Shown: positions 14,033-27,900 of the stretch, piece by piece
Numbering within the stretch: the stretch's first letter is position 1
How the letters are laid out: each line of letters begins with the position of its first letter
Origin: Macrostomum hystrix
Lineage: Eukaryota > Animalia > Platyhelminthes
Assembly: GCA_950097015.1 (NCBI GenBank)
Contig: CATNEN010000038.1
Coordinates: forward strand, 28,210,001 to 28,274,000
DNA length: 64,000 bases
Reading direction: 5' to 3'
The notes under the pieces: model-generated
Database searches by the model: none
Told to the model about the DNA's origin: nothing
The model's input: the letters and a program-made list of their open reading frames with translations, nothing else
Position numbers and translations under genes: made by a program

Positions 14033-14803
14033 TCAGCGTCTACGTTTGAGCCTAACAAGTTCAGGGTTAAACATGGAATTGTAAGGCCTATTTCTATCGT
14101 CCAACGGTGGCGGTGAAATTGACCTCGACCGTGCTCGAGCTTCGCCAGTCGATCCGCTTAGCAACCGATTCGCTCGCAGTCGTTCAGCGCGTTCCCTCTC
14201 CAATCTCTCCCGGCGCAGTCGTTGAATGGCTGTTTCGGTCGCCGACGCGGCGGAAATTTTTGGCGGCACGCGAATATCGTCGACCAGTTTCGACTTGGCC
14301 GCTAGCGATGAAACCTTCGTTATTGAAGTTGATTTCGTTGACGTCGTCGACGTCGACGAAGTCGACGAAGTCATATAGGCTGACCGATTTCTAATCATTG
14401 GATCTAGGCGAGACTTTTTTGCCAAGTCTAACTCCTCGGCTGTAGAAGTTGACGACGACAAAGACGGCGCAGGCGCCTCCATCCACCAGGCTCGCTTGTC
14501 GGCGCCGTCGGCGAAGACATTGCGCAATCCGATGTCTCGCTCCGCCTGAAGCTCGCGTTCGCGCTCTTCAACAGCCCGTTCCGCATTGCCAGCGTCGGTG
14601 TCTAGCGTCGTCGTAGAAATTGTCGATGTCGATGGCAACGAAGCTCTGGCGCGCAATTCGCCGAGGCGTCTGTCGGCGTCTGCCTCGGCTGCGCGGAGCT
14701 GCTCTCGACGAAGCTCCTCGGCTGCGGCGGCTTCGTCAGCGCGCACCCGGGCGATGTTCTCCTTGGTGCGGACGTGCCAGCGCTTCTTTGGCAGGATGTT
14801 CAT
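14033..14803 (-). CDS. LENG1: Leukocyte receptor cluster member 1 homolog (Cir_N domain), intronless
   Basis: Begins MNILPKKRWHVRTKENIARVRADE. The C-terminal LRRERLERE and YNSMFNPEL motifs are typical of LENG1. The true ATG is at 14803, not the ORF-track start. Confidence 0.92.
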   Translation of the reverse strand: MNILPKKRWHVRTKENIARVRADEAAAAEELRREQLRAAEADADRRLGELRARASLPSTSTISTTTLDTDAGNAERAVEERERELQAERDIGLRNVFADGADKRAWWMEAPAPSLSSSTSTAEELDLAKKSRLDPMIRNRSAYMTSSTSSTSTTSTKSTSITKVSSLAAKSKLVDDIRVPPKISAASATETAIQRLRRERLERERAERLRANRLLSGSTGEARARSRSISPPPLDDRNRPYNSMFNPELVRLKRRR

Positions 14804-14921
14804 GATGACTGGCCGCTGACAGAGGATGGCTGAAATTGATCGGAGTGGAGCTAGTAACTTAGTGCATTGTACCTTTAGTAGAGTGATTACAAAATAGGAC
14901 AAAAGTGTTAGAAAACTAGCG

Positions 14922-17125
14922 GAGAGTAAGAGAGTCAAAGAGTCAGAGAATCAGAGAGTCAGAGAGTCAGAGAGTCAGAGAATCAGAGAGTCAGAGAGTC
15001 AGAGAATCAGCGAGTTAAAATATCTGAGTCAAAGGGTCAGAGAATAAGAATCAGAGAGTCAGAGAGTTAGAGTGTTAGAGAGTCAAAGAGTCAGAGAGTC
15101 AGAGAGTCAGAGAATCAGAGTCAAAGAGTCAGAGAGTCAGAGAGTCAGAGAGTCAGAGAGTCAGAATCAGAGTCAGAGAGTCAGAGAATCAGAGTCAGAG
15201 AGTTAGAGAGTCAAAGAGTCAGAGAGCCAGAGAATCAGAGAATGAGAGTCAGAGAGTCAGAGAGTCAGAGAGTCAGAGAGTCAGAATCAGAGTCAGAGAG
15301 TCAGAGAATCAGAGTCAGAGGGTCAGAGAATCAGAGTCAGAGAGTTAGAGAATCAGAGTCAGAGAATCAGAGTCAGAGTCAGGGAGTCAGAGAATCAGAG
15401 TCAAAGAGTCAGAGAGTCAGTGTCAGAGAATCAGAGTCAGAGAGTTAGAGAGTCAGAGTCAGAGAATCAGGGAGTCAGAGGGTCAGAGAATCAGAGTCAG
15501 AGAATCAGAGTCAGAGAGTCAGGGAGTCAGAGGGTCAGAGAATCAGAGTCAGAGAGTTAGAGAGTCAGAGAATCAGAGTCAGAGAGAAAGAGAGTCAAAG
15601 AGTCAGAGAGTCAGAGAGTCAGAGACTCAGAGAATGAGAGTCAGAGAGTCAGAGTCAGAGAGTCAGAGAGTCAGAGAGTCAGAATCAGAGTCAGAGAGTC
15701 AGAGAATCAGAGTCAGAGAGTAAGAGAGTCAAAGAGTCAGAGAGTCAGAGAGTCAGAGACTCAGAGAATGAGAGTCAGAGAGTCAGAGAGTCAGAGAGTC
15801 AGAGAGTCAGAGAGTCAGAATCAGAGTCAGAGAGTCAGAGAATCAGAGTCAGAGAGTTAGAGAGTCAAAGAGTCAGAGAGCCAGAGAGTCAGAGAATCAG
15901 AGAATGAGAGTCAGAGAGTCAGAGAGTCAGAGAGTCAGAGAGTCAGAGAGTCAGAATCAGAGTCAGAGAGTCAGAGAATCAGAGTCAGAGAGTTAGAGAG
16001 TCAGAGAATCAGAGTCAGAGAGTAAGAGAGTCAAAGAGTCAGAGAGTCAGAGAGTCAGAGACTCAGAGAATGAGAGTCAGAGAGTCAGAGAGTCAGAGAG
16101 TCAGAGAGTCAGAGAGTCAGAGAGTCAGAATCAGAGTCAGAGAGTCAGAGAATCAGAGTCATAGAGTAAGAGAGTCAAAGAGTCAGAGAGTCAGAGAGTC
16201 AGAGACTCAGAGAATGAGAGTCAGAGAGTCAGAGAGTCAGAGAGTCAGAGAGTCAGAGAGTCAGAATCAGAGTCAGAGAGTCAGAGAATCAGAGTCAGAG
16301 AGTTAGAGAGTCAAAGAGTCAGAGAGCCAGAGAATCAGAGAATGAGAGTCAGAGAGTCAGAGAGTCAGAGAGTCAGAGAGTCAGAATCAGAGTCAGAGAG
16401 TCAGAGAATCAGAGTCAGAGGGTCAGAGAATCAGAGTCAGAGAGTTAGAGAATCAGAGTCAGAGAATCAGAGTCAGAGTCAGGGAGTCAGAGAATCAGAG
16501 TCAAAGAGTCAGAGAGTCAGTGTCAGAGAATCAGAGTCAGAGAGTTAGAGAGTCAGAGTCAGAGAATCAGGGAGTCAGAGGGTCAGAGAATCAGAGTCAG
16601 AGAATCAGAGTCAGAGAGTCAGGGAGTCAGAGGGTCAGAGAATCAGAGTCAGAGAGTCAGGGAGTCAGAGGGTCAGAGAATCAGAGTCAGAGAATCAGAG
16701 TCAGAGTCAGGGAGTCAGAGGGTCAGGGAGTCAGAGGGTCAGGGAGTCAGAGAGTCAGGGAGTCAGAGAGTCAAGGAGTCAGAGGGTCAGGGAGTCAGAG
16801 AGTCAAGGAGTCAGAGGGTCAGGGAGTCAGAGAGTCAGGGAGTCAGAGGGTCAGGGAGTCAGAGAGTCAGCAAGTCAGAGAGTCAGGGAGTCAGAGAGTC
16901 AGGGAGTCAGAGAATGAGAGTCAGAGAATCAGAGTCAGAGTCAGGGAGTCAGAGGGTCAGGGAGTCAGAGAGTCAGGGAGTCAGAGAATCAGAGTCAGAG
17001 TCAGGGAGTCAGAGGGTCAGGGAGTCAGAGAGTCAGGGAGTCAGAGAGTCAGGGAGTCAGAGAGTCAGGGAGTCAGGGAGTCAGAGAATGAGAGTCAGAT
17101 AGTCAGAGATTCAGGAAAACGAAGA
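14922..17125. repeat. 2.2-kb compound (AGAGAGTC/AGAATC/AGGGAGTC)n satellite
   Basis: 6-8 bp units with higher-order duplicated blocks (e.g. around 15242 and 16342). Confidence 0.97.
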
Positions 17126-17784
17126 GTCAAAGAGTTTACAGTGCAATGTAATGCTTAGTAAAAATTATATTAAGTACATTGTTAAAGAACGCAAGATGAA
17201 TCAGTAATTAAAACTTGTCTAATGAGAGCTACGAAAAGTCTATAAAAATCAGTATCACTTGTATTTGCATTCAAAAAACAGGTTTGCAAAATTAATATTA
17301 AAATCTATCCGTTAAATTTTCTCTGCAATTAACAAACAAGAACCGATATTCATTACCTACTACTACTAAGTAAGCACTAAGTAGTGCCACTGGGTAAATA
17401 AAAAAAGTTTGGAATGAGTATTTTTTAAGCAAATAGACAAAAATCACAAAAGTGCTTGTTTAAAAATATAGTGGCAACCGTTAACAAGGCAAATGCCTGA
17501 AAAGCACTTATTAAGCAAATCTAAGATTATCACATTATTTTTAATGAATTTTGATTGATTTAACGGTTGATTATTAGGCGCAAATGGCGAAAAGTATCTA
17601 GGAACACATGTACTTTTAAGAAATAGTAATTGTGTTCTGTGAACAACAAAAACTGTGAATTTAGTGTAAAAAGTTTTACAAAAATATTAAAAAGGAATTT
17701 TCTGCACATCAAGAAACAAGTGCAATTTCTATGAAATGGTCGAAGCGTATTTTTTCTAGATCACAGAGCTCTTGGAAGAAATTG

Positions 17785-18415
17785 TTGGGATCAGCAATAA
17801 TAAAGGGATCATGAGGGGATCAGGTCCTGAAGGAATAAAAGATCATCCGGGGATCAGGTCCTGAGGGAATAAGAGATCATCACGGGATCAGGTCCTGAGG
17901 GAATAAGAGATAAGGGATCAGGTCCTGAGGGAATAGGAGATGAGGGGATCAGGTCCTGAGGGAATAAGAGCTAATGAGGGGATCAGGTCCTGAGGGGATA
18001 AGAGATCAGCAGGGGATCAGGTCCTAAGGGGATAGGAGATCATGAGAGGATCAGGTCCTGAGGGATAAGAGCTAATGAGGGGATCAGGTCCTGAGGGGAT
18101 CAGGTCCTGAGGGGATAAGAGCTAATGAGGGGATCAGGTCCTGAGGGGATAAGAGATCGTCAGGGGATCAGGTCCTGAGGGGATAAGAGATGAGGGGATA
18201 AGAGATGAGGGGATCAGGTCCTGAGGGGATAAGAGATGAGGGGATCAGGTCCTGAGGGGATAAGAGATGAGGGGATCAGGTCCTGAGGGATAAGAGCTAA
18301 TGAGGGGATCAGGTCCTGAGGGGATAAGAGCTAATGAGGGGATCAGGTCCTGAGGGGATATGAGCTAATGAGAGGAACAGGTCCTGAGGGGATAAGAGAT
18401 CATGAGGGAGTCATG
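17785..18415. repeat. ~29-33 bp minisatellite (GAGGGGATCAGGTCCTGAGGGGATAAGAGAT)
   Basis: Visible tandem periodicity. Confidence 0.92.
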
Positions 18416-18919
18416 AGGCGAGAAGAAAAATCTGTGCTCATAAAGTGGGATCTGCAATCACATGGCAAGGTGATAAATATTTTTTAAAGTATTATAAACA
18501 TTTAAAAAATAAAAATTAACTGCAGCGAATCCGAAACCCAGAAGCAAAAAACTAAAAAAGTGACATTGTGTATAGTAATTTGTGGAAGACGGCTATAGAA
18601 TTTAATTTTGCATGAGAAGCTAGTTTTTGGCCATCAATGCCGTGAAATAAAATACGAAAAACTTTATTGTACTCCTACTTAAAAAAACTAAAAAAAACAC
18701 TAAAAAAACATGAAAAAATTAATACAGGAATGTATCGCGTTTTTAGTGTAAAGTATTAACTAACTAAAATAATTACCACTGGATGCATGTAGCCAGGGGA
18801 GCACAGCCGCGGCGCATCCAAAGGCGGTGTACGACTGTCCAGTCCGTGGACAGGGGGAAGCCACCGAAACCATCATAATTTCTAGGCCAGCGGGGTTTCC
18901 CCCCTTGGTTGGACCAATG

Positions 18920-21900
18920 TTAATAAGCGAACAGAGAAGGGAATTCGATCTCTTTTATTGTGGCCGTTCGCCTCGGCACAGCAAAGTCGGCGGTGCCGTC
19001 GGAGCAATTGCAAGCGTCGCAGTCGCGTATCGAACGCAGAATGTCAGAAATATCGCCGACACCAATACTAGCCTCGTCGCTATCAGCCGAGATCGCTTCG
19101 TCGTTGGCGATATCGGCGGCTCGGGAGCGGCGACTGCGTTCTAATAATTCTTCGAAAGTGGCGCTGGAGTAGAGCTCTTTCAATTGTTGATCCTCGCGAG
19201 CTCGGCGACGGCTGCGCTCCTGGGTGGATTCAACTGCGGAGTAGGGATGCGAGGTTATTGGCTGGAACCAGAGTCTGACATTGGGGATGGCTGCAAATCG
19301 ATTTAAAAATAGTGTGGGGTGTGGAGCAAGTTAAAATGGGGTGGTGGGTGCGAAGCGTGTTAAAAATGTGGTCTTGGATGTGGAGCCTGTTGAAATGGGG
19401 TGGTGGGTGCGAAGCGTGTTAAAAATGTGGTCTTGGATGTGGAGCCTGTTGAAATGGGGTGGTGGGTGCGAAGCGTGTTAAAAATGTGGTCTTGGATGTG
19501 GAGCCTGTTAAAATGGGGTGGTGGGTGCGAAGCGTGTTAAAAATGTGGTCTTGGATGTGGAGCCTGTTGAAATGGGGTGGTGGGTGCGAAGCATGTTAAA
19601 AATGTGGTCTTGGATGTGGAGCCTGTTGAAATGGGGTGGTGGGTGCGAAGCGTGTTAAAAATGTGGTCTTGGATGTGGAGCCTGTTGAAATGGGGTGGTG
19701 GGTGCGAAGCGTGTTAAAAATGTGGTCTTGGATGTGGAGCCTGTTAAAATGGGGTGGTGGGTGCGAAGCGTGTTAAAAATGTGGTCTTGGATGTGGAGCC
19801 TGTTGAAATGGGGTGGTGGGTGCGAAGCGTGTTAAAAATGGGGTCTTGGATGTGGAGCCTGTTAAAATGGGGTGGTGACGAAGCGTGTTAAAAATGGGGT
19901 CTTGGATGTGGAGCCTGTCAAAATGGGGTGGTTGGTGTGAGCGTTTTAAAATGGGTTGTTGGATGTGCAAAGTGCTAATTTTGGGTGGTGGGTGCTGGTC
20001 GCGTTAAAATGGGGTGTTAGATGTGGAGCCTGTTAAAATGGGGTGGTGGGTGCGGATCGCGTTAAACTGAGCGGTGGGTGCCCCACGCAGAAAAATCAAG
20101 TGTTGGGTACGGAACATGTAAAATGGGGGTGCTGGGTAGTGTCGCTTAGCACTTAACGGTGGCGCGCGTGAAGCGTGTAAAAATAAGATGGTCAGTTCAG
20201 AGTCGAAAAACTAGATAGCCAATTAAACAGTAAAACCTAGCGGCTGGTTGTTCGACTCGTGGAACTTGTTGTAGAACTAAAAAGAAACTCACACATAATT
20301 CCACGGAATGCATTAAACGACAGGTCTAGCGTAGCAGCAGCTGAAGCGGCAGCGGCGGCATTGTCGCTGCCACCGATTTGTCGGCTGGCTCGACGCTCCG
20401 TCGGCGGCGCGGTAGCGTAGTTCAACGACCAGATGCTGTCGTGACGCTGCACAATCCCCGAATTAGGAAGCGGCAGATAGTCATTGGCGTCTGCGGTTGG
20501 AAGAAAATGCTTAGCTATTTCTGGTATAGAAAATTATTGGGATAGTACAACAACCACGCCGTTCACTCACCACTTGAAACAGCAGCAGCAGATGGAGTAC
20601 TATTAGACTGCATTGAAGCGGCCGATTCCACAGCAGTCAAGCCGAAGGTTGCCACCCGCTGACGATGACCGGCTCCGAAAACAGCCGAAGCACCATCCAG
20701 CGGAGAATGCAGACTAGCAAAATTCAGCAACTCGAATGGCTGACGCAAACTGGAGGTGTTCAGACCACAAGCTTGCAGCGCCGCCTCAGCTGCCTCCGCT
20801 GAAAACAGCAACTCCTGCGGCACTGGCTCCTGGCTAACACAACCACAAAATTATGGAGAATGATTCTTTAGAACTGAACTGCGCCGGCTCCTATCTACCC
20901 TGCCTGTCTTCTATCTACCCCGCCTGTCTCCTAACTACCCCGCCTGTCTCCTAACTACCCTGCCTGTCTCCTATCTACCCCGCATGTCTCCTATCTACCC
21001 TGCCTGTCTCCTATCTACCGCGCATGTCTCCTAACTACCCTGCCTGTCTCCTTACTACCCCGCCTGTCTCCTATCTACCCCGCCTGTCTCCTAACTACCC
21101 TGCCTGTCTCCTATCTACCCTGCCTGTCTCCTATCTACCGCGCATGTCTCCTAACTACCCTGCCTGTCTCCTTACTACCCCGCCTGTCTCCTATCTACCC
21201 CGCCTGTCTCCTAACTACCCTGCCTGTCTCCTAACTACCCTGCCTGTCTCCTAACTACCCTGCCTGTCTCCAAACTACCCTGCCTGTCTCCTACCTACCC
21301 TGCCTGTCTCCCTATCTTTGTCTTCTTATTTGAAAGTGAAGGCAAAAAACCAAAACGAACCCATTTTGCTTCAAATAATAAAAACTAAGAAATTAAAATC
21401 ACTTGTGAAATACATCTGAAATGTTAAAATGTTATAACCCAAAAATAAAAGTAAAAATAAATCTGAACTATATGCTCATTACCTATCATGCATTAGCAAA
21501 ACCAATTTTAATAATGCGATTACAGAGTAAAAAACTTACATTTGGTTTCTGCATTATAACTGTAAAAAACAGAATGTAATTTCTAATTCGACTGTTTAGA
21601 AAAAATATAACCCAAAGTTCTTACCTTCTAGTGGGCAAGTTTAGTACACCTTTCTTAATAAGGGCATAGTCTGGTAGAAGGTGAGGCGCAGACTTACGGC
21701 GTTGACTTATCACCTGCGGGTGATGGGGTAGCTAGAGTAGATATGCTCGCTAAACTAGATCGGGTAGATAAAGTAGATAGGCTTGCTAAAGTATATAGGG
21801 TAGCTAGAGTAGATATGCTCGCTAAACTAGATCGGGTAGCTAGAGTAGATAGGCTTGCTAAAGTATATAGGGTAGCTAGAGTAGATATGCTCGCTAAACT

Positions 21901-24900
21901 AGATCGGGTAGCTAGAGTAGATAGGCTTGCTAAAGTATATAGGGTAGCTAGAGTAGATAGGGTAGCTAAAGTAGATAGGGTAGCTAAAGTAGATAGGGTA
22001 GCTAAAGTAGATAGGGTAGCTAGAGTAGATACGGTAGCTAGAGTAGATAGGCTCGCTAAACTAGATCGGGTAGCTAGAGTAGATAGGGTAGCTAGAGTAG
22101 ATACAGTAGCGAAAGTAGATAGGGTAGCTAAAAGAAGATAGGGTAGCTAGAGTAGATAGGGTAGCTAAAGTAGATAGGGTAGCTAGAGTAGATAGGGTAG
22201 CTAGAGTAGATTGGCTCGCTAAACTAGATCGGGTAGCTAGAGTAGATAGGGTAGCTAGAGTAGATACAGTAGCGAAAGTAGATAGGGTAGCTAGAAAAGA
22301 TTAAGCTAGGAGTTAAATAGGAAATGGGAGGGTAGTTTAGAAACAAGATGGTAGATAAGAGACTGGGAGTAGTGGACAGTAGGCAGGCAGAGTAGATAGT
22401 AGAGTAGGCTTACCTGAGCAACGTGCTCTCGAAACGCGTCCCCAGGCGTGGCCCAGCCAAGCAGGCTGACATAGGAGGCCAGAACAGCGTGAACTACGGC
22501 TGACGAAGCATTGTTAGTTTTGGATGTACCATTGCCAGCGGCTTGACTATTGTCCTGTATTTTATTGTCGCCATCCTTAGACTCAGAAATCTGCTCAAAA
22601 GTTGAGCAGAGTCGTTGTTGAGCAGTGACCCAGAGTCGGTGCAGTTCAACTAAGCCTTGATTGTTAGTAAGCGTCATTGGAGAGGCGCATTGCACAGCTA
22701 ACAGGCAGGCACAGGTGCCCAATGATTGGGCCAGTTCTAAGCTCGGCATCGCCTGATTGGCTAATTGGGTTAGCTGCTCAACTAGATGACACATCAATTG
22801 GCGAGCCGATCGAGTTAGGGGAAACGAAGCGGCGGACGCATCCTAAACGATTGTAATTGAGAATGTGGAATCAGTTTGATTGACATTGACGAGTGACATT
22901 GACGAGTGACATTGATGAGTGACATTGATGAGTGACATTGATGAGTGACATTGATGAGTGAAATTCATGAGTGACATTGATGAGCAACATTGATAAGTGA
23001 AATTCATGAGTGACGTTGATGAGGCACATTGACGAGTGACATTGACGAGTGACATTGACGAGTGACATTGATGAGTGACATTGATGAGTGACATTGATGA
23101 GTGACATTGATGAGCAACATTGATAAGTGAAATTCATGAGTGACATTGATGAGTGACATTGATGAGTGACATTGATGAGTGACATTGATGAGTGACATTG
23201 ATGAGTGACATTGATGAGTGACATTGATGAGCAACATTGATAAGTGAAATTCATGAGTGACATTGATGAGCAACATTGATAAGTGAAATTCATGAGTGAC
23301 GTTGATGAGCAACATTGATAAGTGAAATTCATGAGTGACATTGATGAGCAACATTGATAAGTGAAATTCATGAGTGACATTGATGAGCAACATTGATAAG
23401 TGAAATTCATGAGTGACGTTGATGAGGCACATTGATGAGCGACATTAATAAGTGACATTGACAAGTGAAATTGACATTGACGATGACGGCATTGACGATT
23501 GATGAGTTTAAAGCGAGTTTTAATAACACAAATAGCATACCAATCTCCATCTAACATCGTCGGCTTCATCGCCGGAATCTTCGGTAGTGTCAACAATATC
23601 AGCGGCGTTAGGCCAGGCGTCAAACAACGGCAGCGGTTGTGGACAAAGTCGTTTGCGACAACGCTGACGATCTAGCAGTGCGGCAAGCACCGCAGCCTGC
23701 TGCTGCTGCTGCTCTTGAACCAGCAAAGCGCCTAGAAGATCCATCGGCAGCGCCACAGCTAGAGATCTAGATCGATAGGCGTCTGCTACCATAGCAACGG
23801 CGCTTAGCAACGCCAAGCCAAGCGAATTAAACAGCGCCGAATTGTCGGAATCGCGAACAAGCATAGCTGATGGCGGCTCATAGGTGAGCAAATATTTCAT
23901 GATCTCCAATTTATGAGTATCTGGAGCAGCTTCAGCGTAACGGCTCATTGTGAGCACCAGCTCCTGCCTGTACTGCTGCTCAGCCTGGGAAATAATAGTT
24001 CGTTAAATCAATATGGAAATATTCGGTTTTAGAATGCCATTTATCTATTAAAAAGGGATTCATCGGATATGAATGGGATTAACGAATAACCAGTGTATTC
24101 GGGGGGGTTGAGTGGCAGAGCAATTAACGCGTTTGCCTCTCGCACCAAGGTACCTGAGCTCCATTCCACGGCGAGGCCACATACATTTGTACACTCCTGT
24201 GTGTTCTCAGGAGTCAGCGAAATGAGCAGAATTGCCTCCTCGCTGGCTCCGGGTCTAGTGTCACCAAATAATGTGCCATTGCCCGCATCCCTCTTGCAAT
24301 TACTATAATATTATTATTAAAACCATTGTATTTGATGGCAACAATGATGGGAATTGGAGCCTACTAATTGCAGCGTTGGATTCAGGACTTGAAGGTTGGG
24401 GGTTCGATTCCTCACAACACTAAAAAAGTGTGTCCTTTAGCAATATACTAAACTCTGCATTGCTTCAGTTCACACAGCTGTTAAAATGGCCCAATTGGCA
24501 CACTTGTAATCAATTTAATTATTATCATTTTTGTATCGGACCACGGAGTTAACAGAATCAACGGCTGCTTCACAACTCAAACTCACAGGTTGCTGAGGCG
24601 AAGCCGAATACAAACTGCGAGCTAATTGGCAGCAAAGCTCTTTGAAGACATTGTAGACAGCTGGGCCAACAGAATCCCCAGCGGCAAAGCCAACGATGCC
24701 AGATACCACCTGAAAATCAGTTCGATGGGGATAGCATACTGGAGAGATGCTAACAACTGAGAATAATCTGGGAGAACGGAAAGAACCGGTGGGAAATAGG
24801 ATTGGAAGAAATGGGAAGAAACTGGGGAAGAATAGGAAGAAAGGGAAGAAAATGGGAGAACGCAAAAAACTGGGAAATAATACGAAAAAACTGGGGAGAA

Positions 24901-27900
24901 CGGGAAGAAACTGGGAGAATGGATAGAAACTGGGGAAGAACGGGAAGAAACTGGGAGAATGGATAGAAACTGGGGAAGAATTGGAAGAAACTGGGAGAAT
25001 GGATAAAAACTGGGGAAGAACGGGAAGAAACTGGGAGAATGGATAGAAACTGGGGAAGAACGGGAAGAAACTGGGAGAATGGATAGAAACTGGGGAAGAA
25101 CGGGAAGAAACTGGGATAATGGATAGAAACTGGGGAAGAACGGGAAGAAACTGGGAGAATGGATAGAAACTGGGGAAGAACGGGAGAAACTGGGAGAATG
25201 AATAGAAACTGGGGAAGAATGGGAAGAAACTGGGGAAGAATAGGAAGAAACTGGGAGAATGGATAGAAACTGAGGAAGAACGGGAAGAAACTGGGAGAAC
25301 GGATAGAAACTGGGGAAGAATGGGAAGAAACTGGGGAAGAATAGGAAGAAACTGGGAGAATGGATAGAAACTAGGGAGAACGGGAAGAAACTGGGAGAAT
25401 GAATAGAAACTGGGGGGGAAGAATGGGGAAAAAAGTGGAGAAGAATGGGAAAAAAGTGGAGAAGAATGGGAAAAAAGTGAGGCAGAATGGGAAGAAACAC
25501 AGAATACAAAAGGACAAGTAGAGCAAGGCGCACAAAAGGCAGCGCACCTGCAGAACGCACTGTCGCACAGGCGTAGAGGCGGCCACAGACTTCGAGTTCA
25601 GATGTCCAACCAAGCGTTCAACAACAGTGTAAGCGTAGCCTGGCCTAGGCGCCCTAGTGACCAGGGTGCGAAACACCAACAATGCGAAACTGCTGGGCAC
25701 CCACAAGCTGGGATTGGCGTCCAAGTGGGCCAATACGGGCCCAATCACGCAGGCATAGTTGTGAAATGTGGCCCGCATCAGCAGCTCGTCAAGAGCCTCC
25801 TTGGCCAAGTCGAATGGTCGCTCTGTTGGAATTTTTGTTTAAATCAGTGGAATTTTTTACCCTACCAATCTACCCTACCTAAACCCGCAAATCTACTGAC
25901 TGTCCTACCTAAACCCGCCAATCTAATGACTGTCCTACCTGAACCTGCCAATCTACTGACTGTCGAACCTAAACCTGCCAATCTACTGACTGTCCTACCT
26001 AGACCTGCCAATCTACTATCTACCCTACATAAACCTACCGATTTACTGACTACCCTACCTGAACCTACCAATCTTCTGACTGTCCTACCTAAACCTACCA
26101 ATCTACTGGCTACCCTACCTAAGCCTACCAATCTACTGACTAATAAACACACCTGGAGCTCCTGTGCCACGGCCAGCTGCAGCCAACGGTTCCTCGTCGT
26201 CCAGATGAACCTCATCAATCTCCACTGGCGGCGGTGCTTCCAAGTTAAACAGTACAGCGCCAACAATCTGTGTCATGTGCAACTCCTGCCAGATGTTCAA
26301 TTGAAGATCGTCGCTACCAATTTTTCTAACAAGGCCTGCGATTCCGCGGAGACCAGCGCAGCGGACTTTATTTGAAACGGCCGAACTATCCAGGCACATG
26401 CGTACAAATCGTTCTAACAGCGGCGCGTATTCTGATAGATAATTAGGCGTCTCTTTTTCTATGGCCGAATAGGCGCAGAAACTAGCGGAACCAAGGATTT
26501 GCAATTCACGATCTTCACATTCAACTAGACTAGTAACCATGGATAGATAGGCGCAGACTAGACCGTCGAGGCGTTGGCAACACTTTATTAGATTGTCGGC
26601 TATGCTAGTGGCCACAAACACGTGCCTGAGAGCGAAAAATACAATCAAAGAGAAAATTACTTATCTTGAACTTTTGTGCACTTAATACTCGTTAGTTGAT
26701 TGCTTAGGATTAAACAATGAATTCTTCGATATTTTCTACTTCCAGGAAAAAAATCTTAAAATCTCCCTTGAAAAAGACTCCTTTTCTCGACTAGAGAATA
26801 TCGTTGACATTTTCTTTGACAAACTTCTCGACGATCCATACAAAAAATCGACGATATTCTCTCATTCTCGACGATCCACCAAGAAATCTCTTCCATATTC
26901 TCTCCTTCTCGACGATCCACCAAGAAATCTCTTCCATATTCTCTCCTTCTTGACGATCCACCAAGAAATCTCTTCCATATTCTCTCCTTCTTGACGATCC
27001 ACCAAGAAATCTCTTCCATATTCTCTCCTTCTTGACGATCCACCAAGAAATCTCTTCCATATTCTCTCCTTCTTGACGATCCACCAAGAAATCTCTTCCA
27101 TATTCTCTCCTTCTCGACGATCCACCAAGAAATCTCTTCCATATTCTCTCCTTCTCGACGATCCACCAAGAAATCTCTTCCATATTCTCTCATTCTCGAC
27201 GATCCACCAAGAAATCTCTTCCATATTCTCTCCTTCTTGACGATCCACCAAGAAATCTCTTCCATATTCTCTCATTCTCGACGATCCACCAAGAAATCTC
27301 TTCCATATTCTCTCATTCTCGACGATCCACTAAGAAATCTTCCATATTCTCTCATTCTCGACGATCCATCATAAAAATCGTCGATATTCTCTCCTTCTCG
27401 ATGACACATTCATTGGAATTCTCTCCTTCTCGATGACACATTCATTGGAATTCTCTCCTTCTCGATGACACATTCATTGGAATTCTCTCCATCTCGATGA
27501 CACATTCATTGGAATTCTCTCCTTCTCGATGACACATTCATTGGAATTCTCTCCTTCTCGATGACACATTCATTGGAATTCTCTCCTTCTCGATGACACA
27601 TTCATTGGAATTCTCTCCTTCTCGATGACACATTCATTGGAATTCTCTCTTTCTCGATGACACATTCATTGGAATTCTCTCTTTCTCAATGACACATTCA
27701 TTGAAATTCTCTCCATCTCGATGACACATTCATTGGAATTCTCTCTTTCTCGATGACACATTCATTGGAATTCTCTCTTTCTCAATGACACATTCATTGA
27801 AATTCTCTCCATCTCGATGACACATTCATTGGAATTCTCTCCTTCTCGATGACACATTCATTGGAATTCTCTACTTCTCGATGACACATTCATTGAAATT

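Noticed and set aside
15242-17158. RVRESES-repeat ORFs resembling SR proteins
   Set aside because: They are translations of the AGAGTC satellite. The same applies to the repeat ORFs at 21024-27275, 32682-34782 and 45290-46210.
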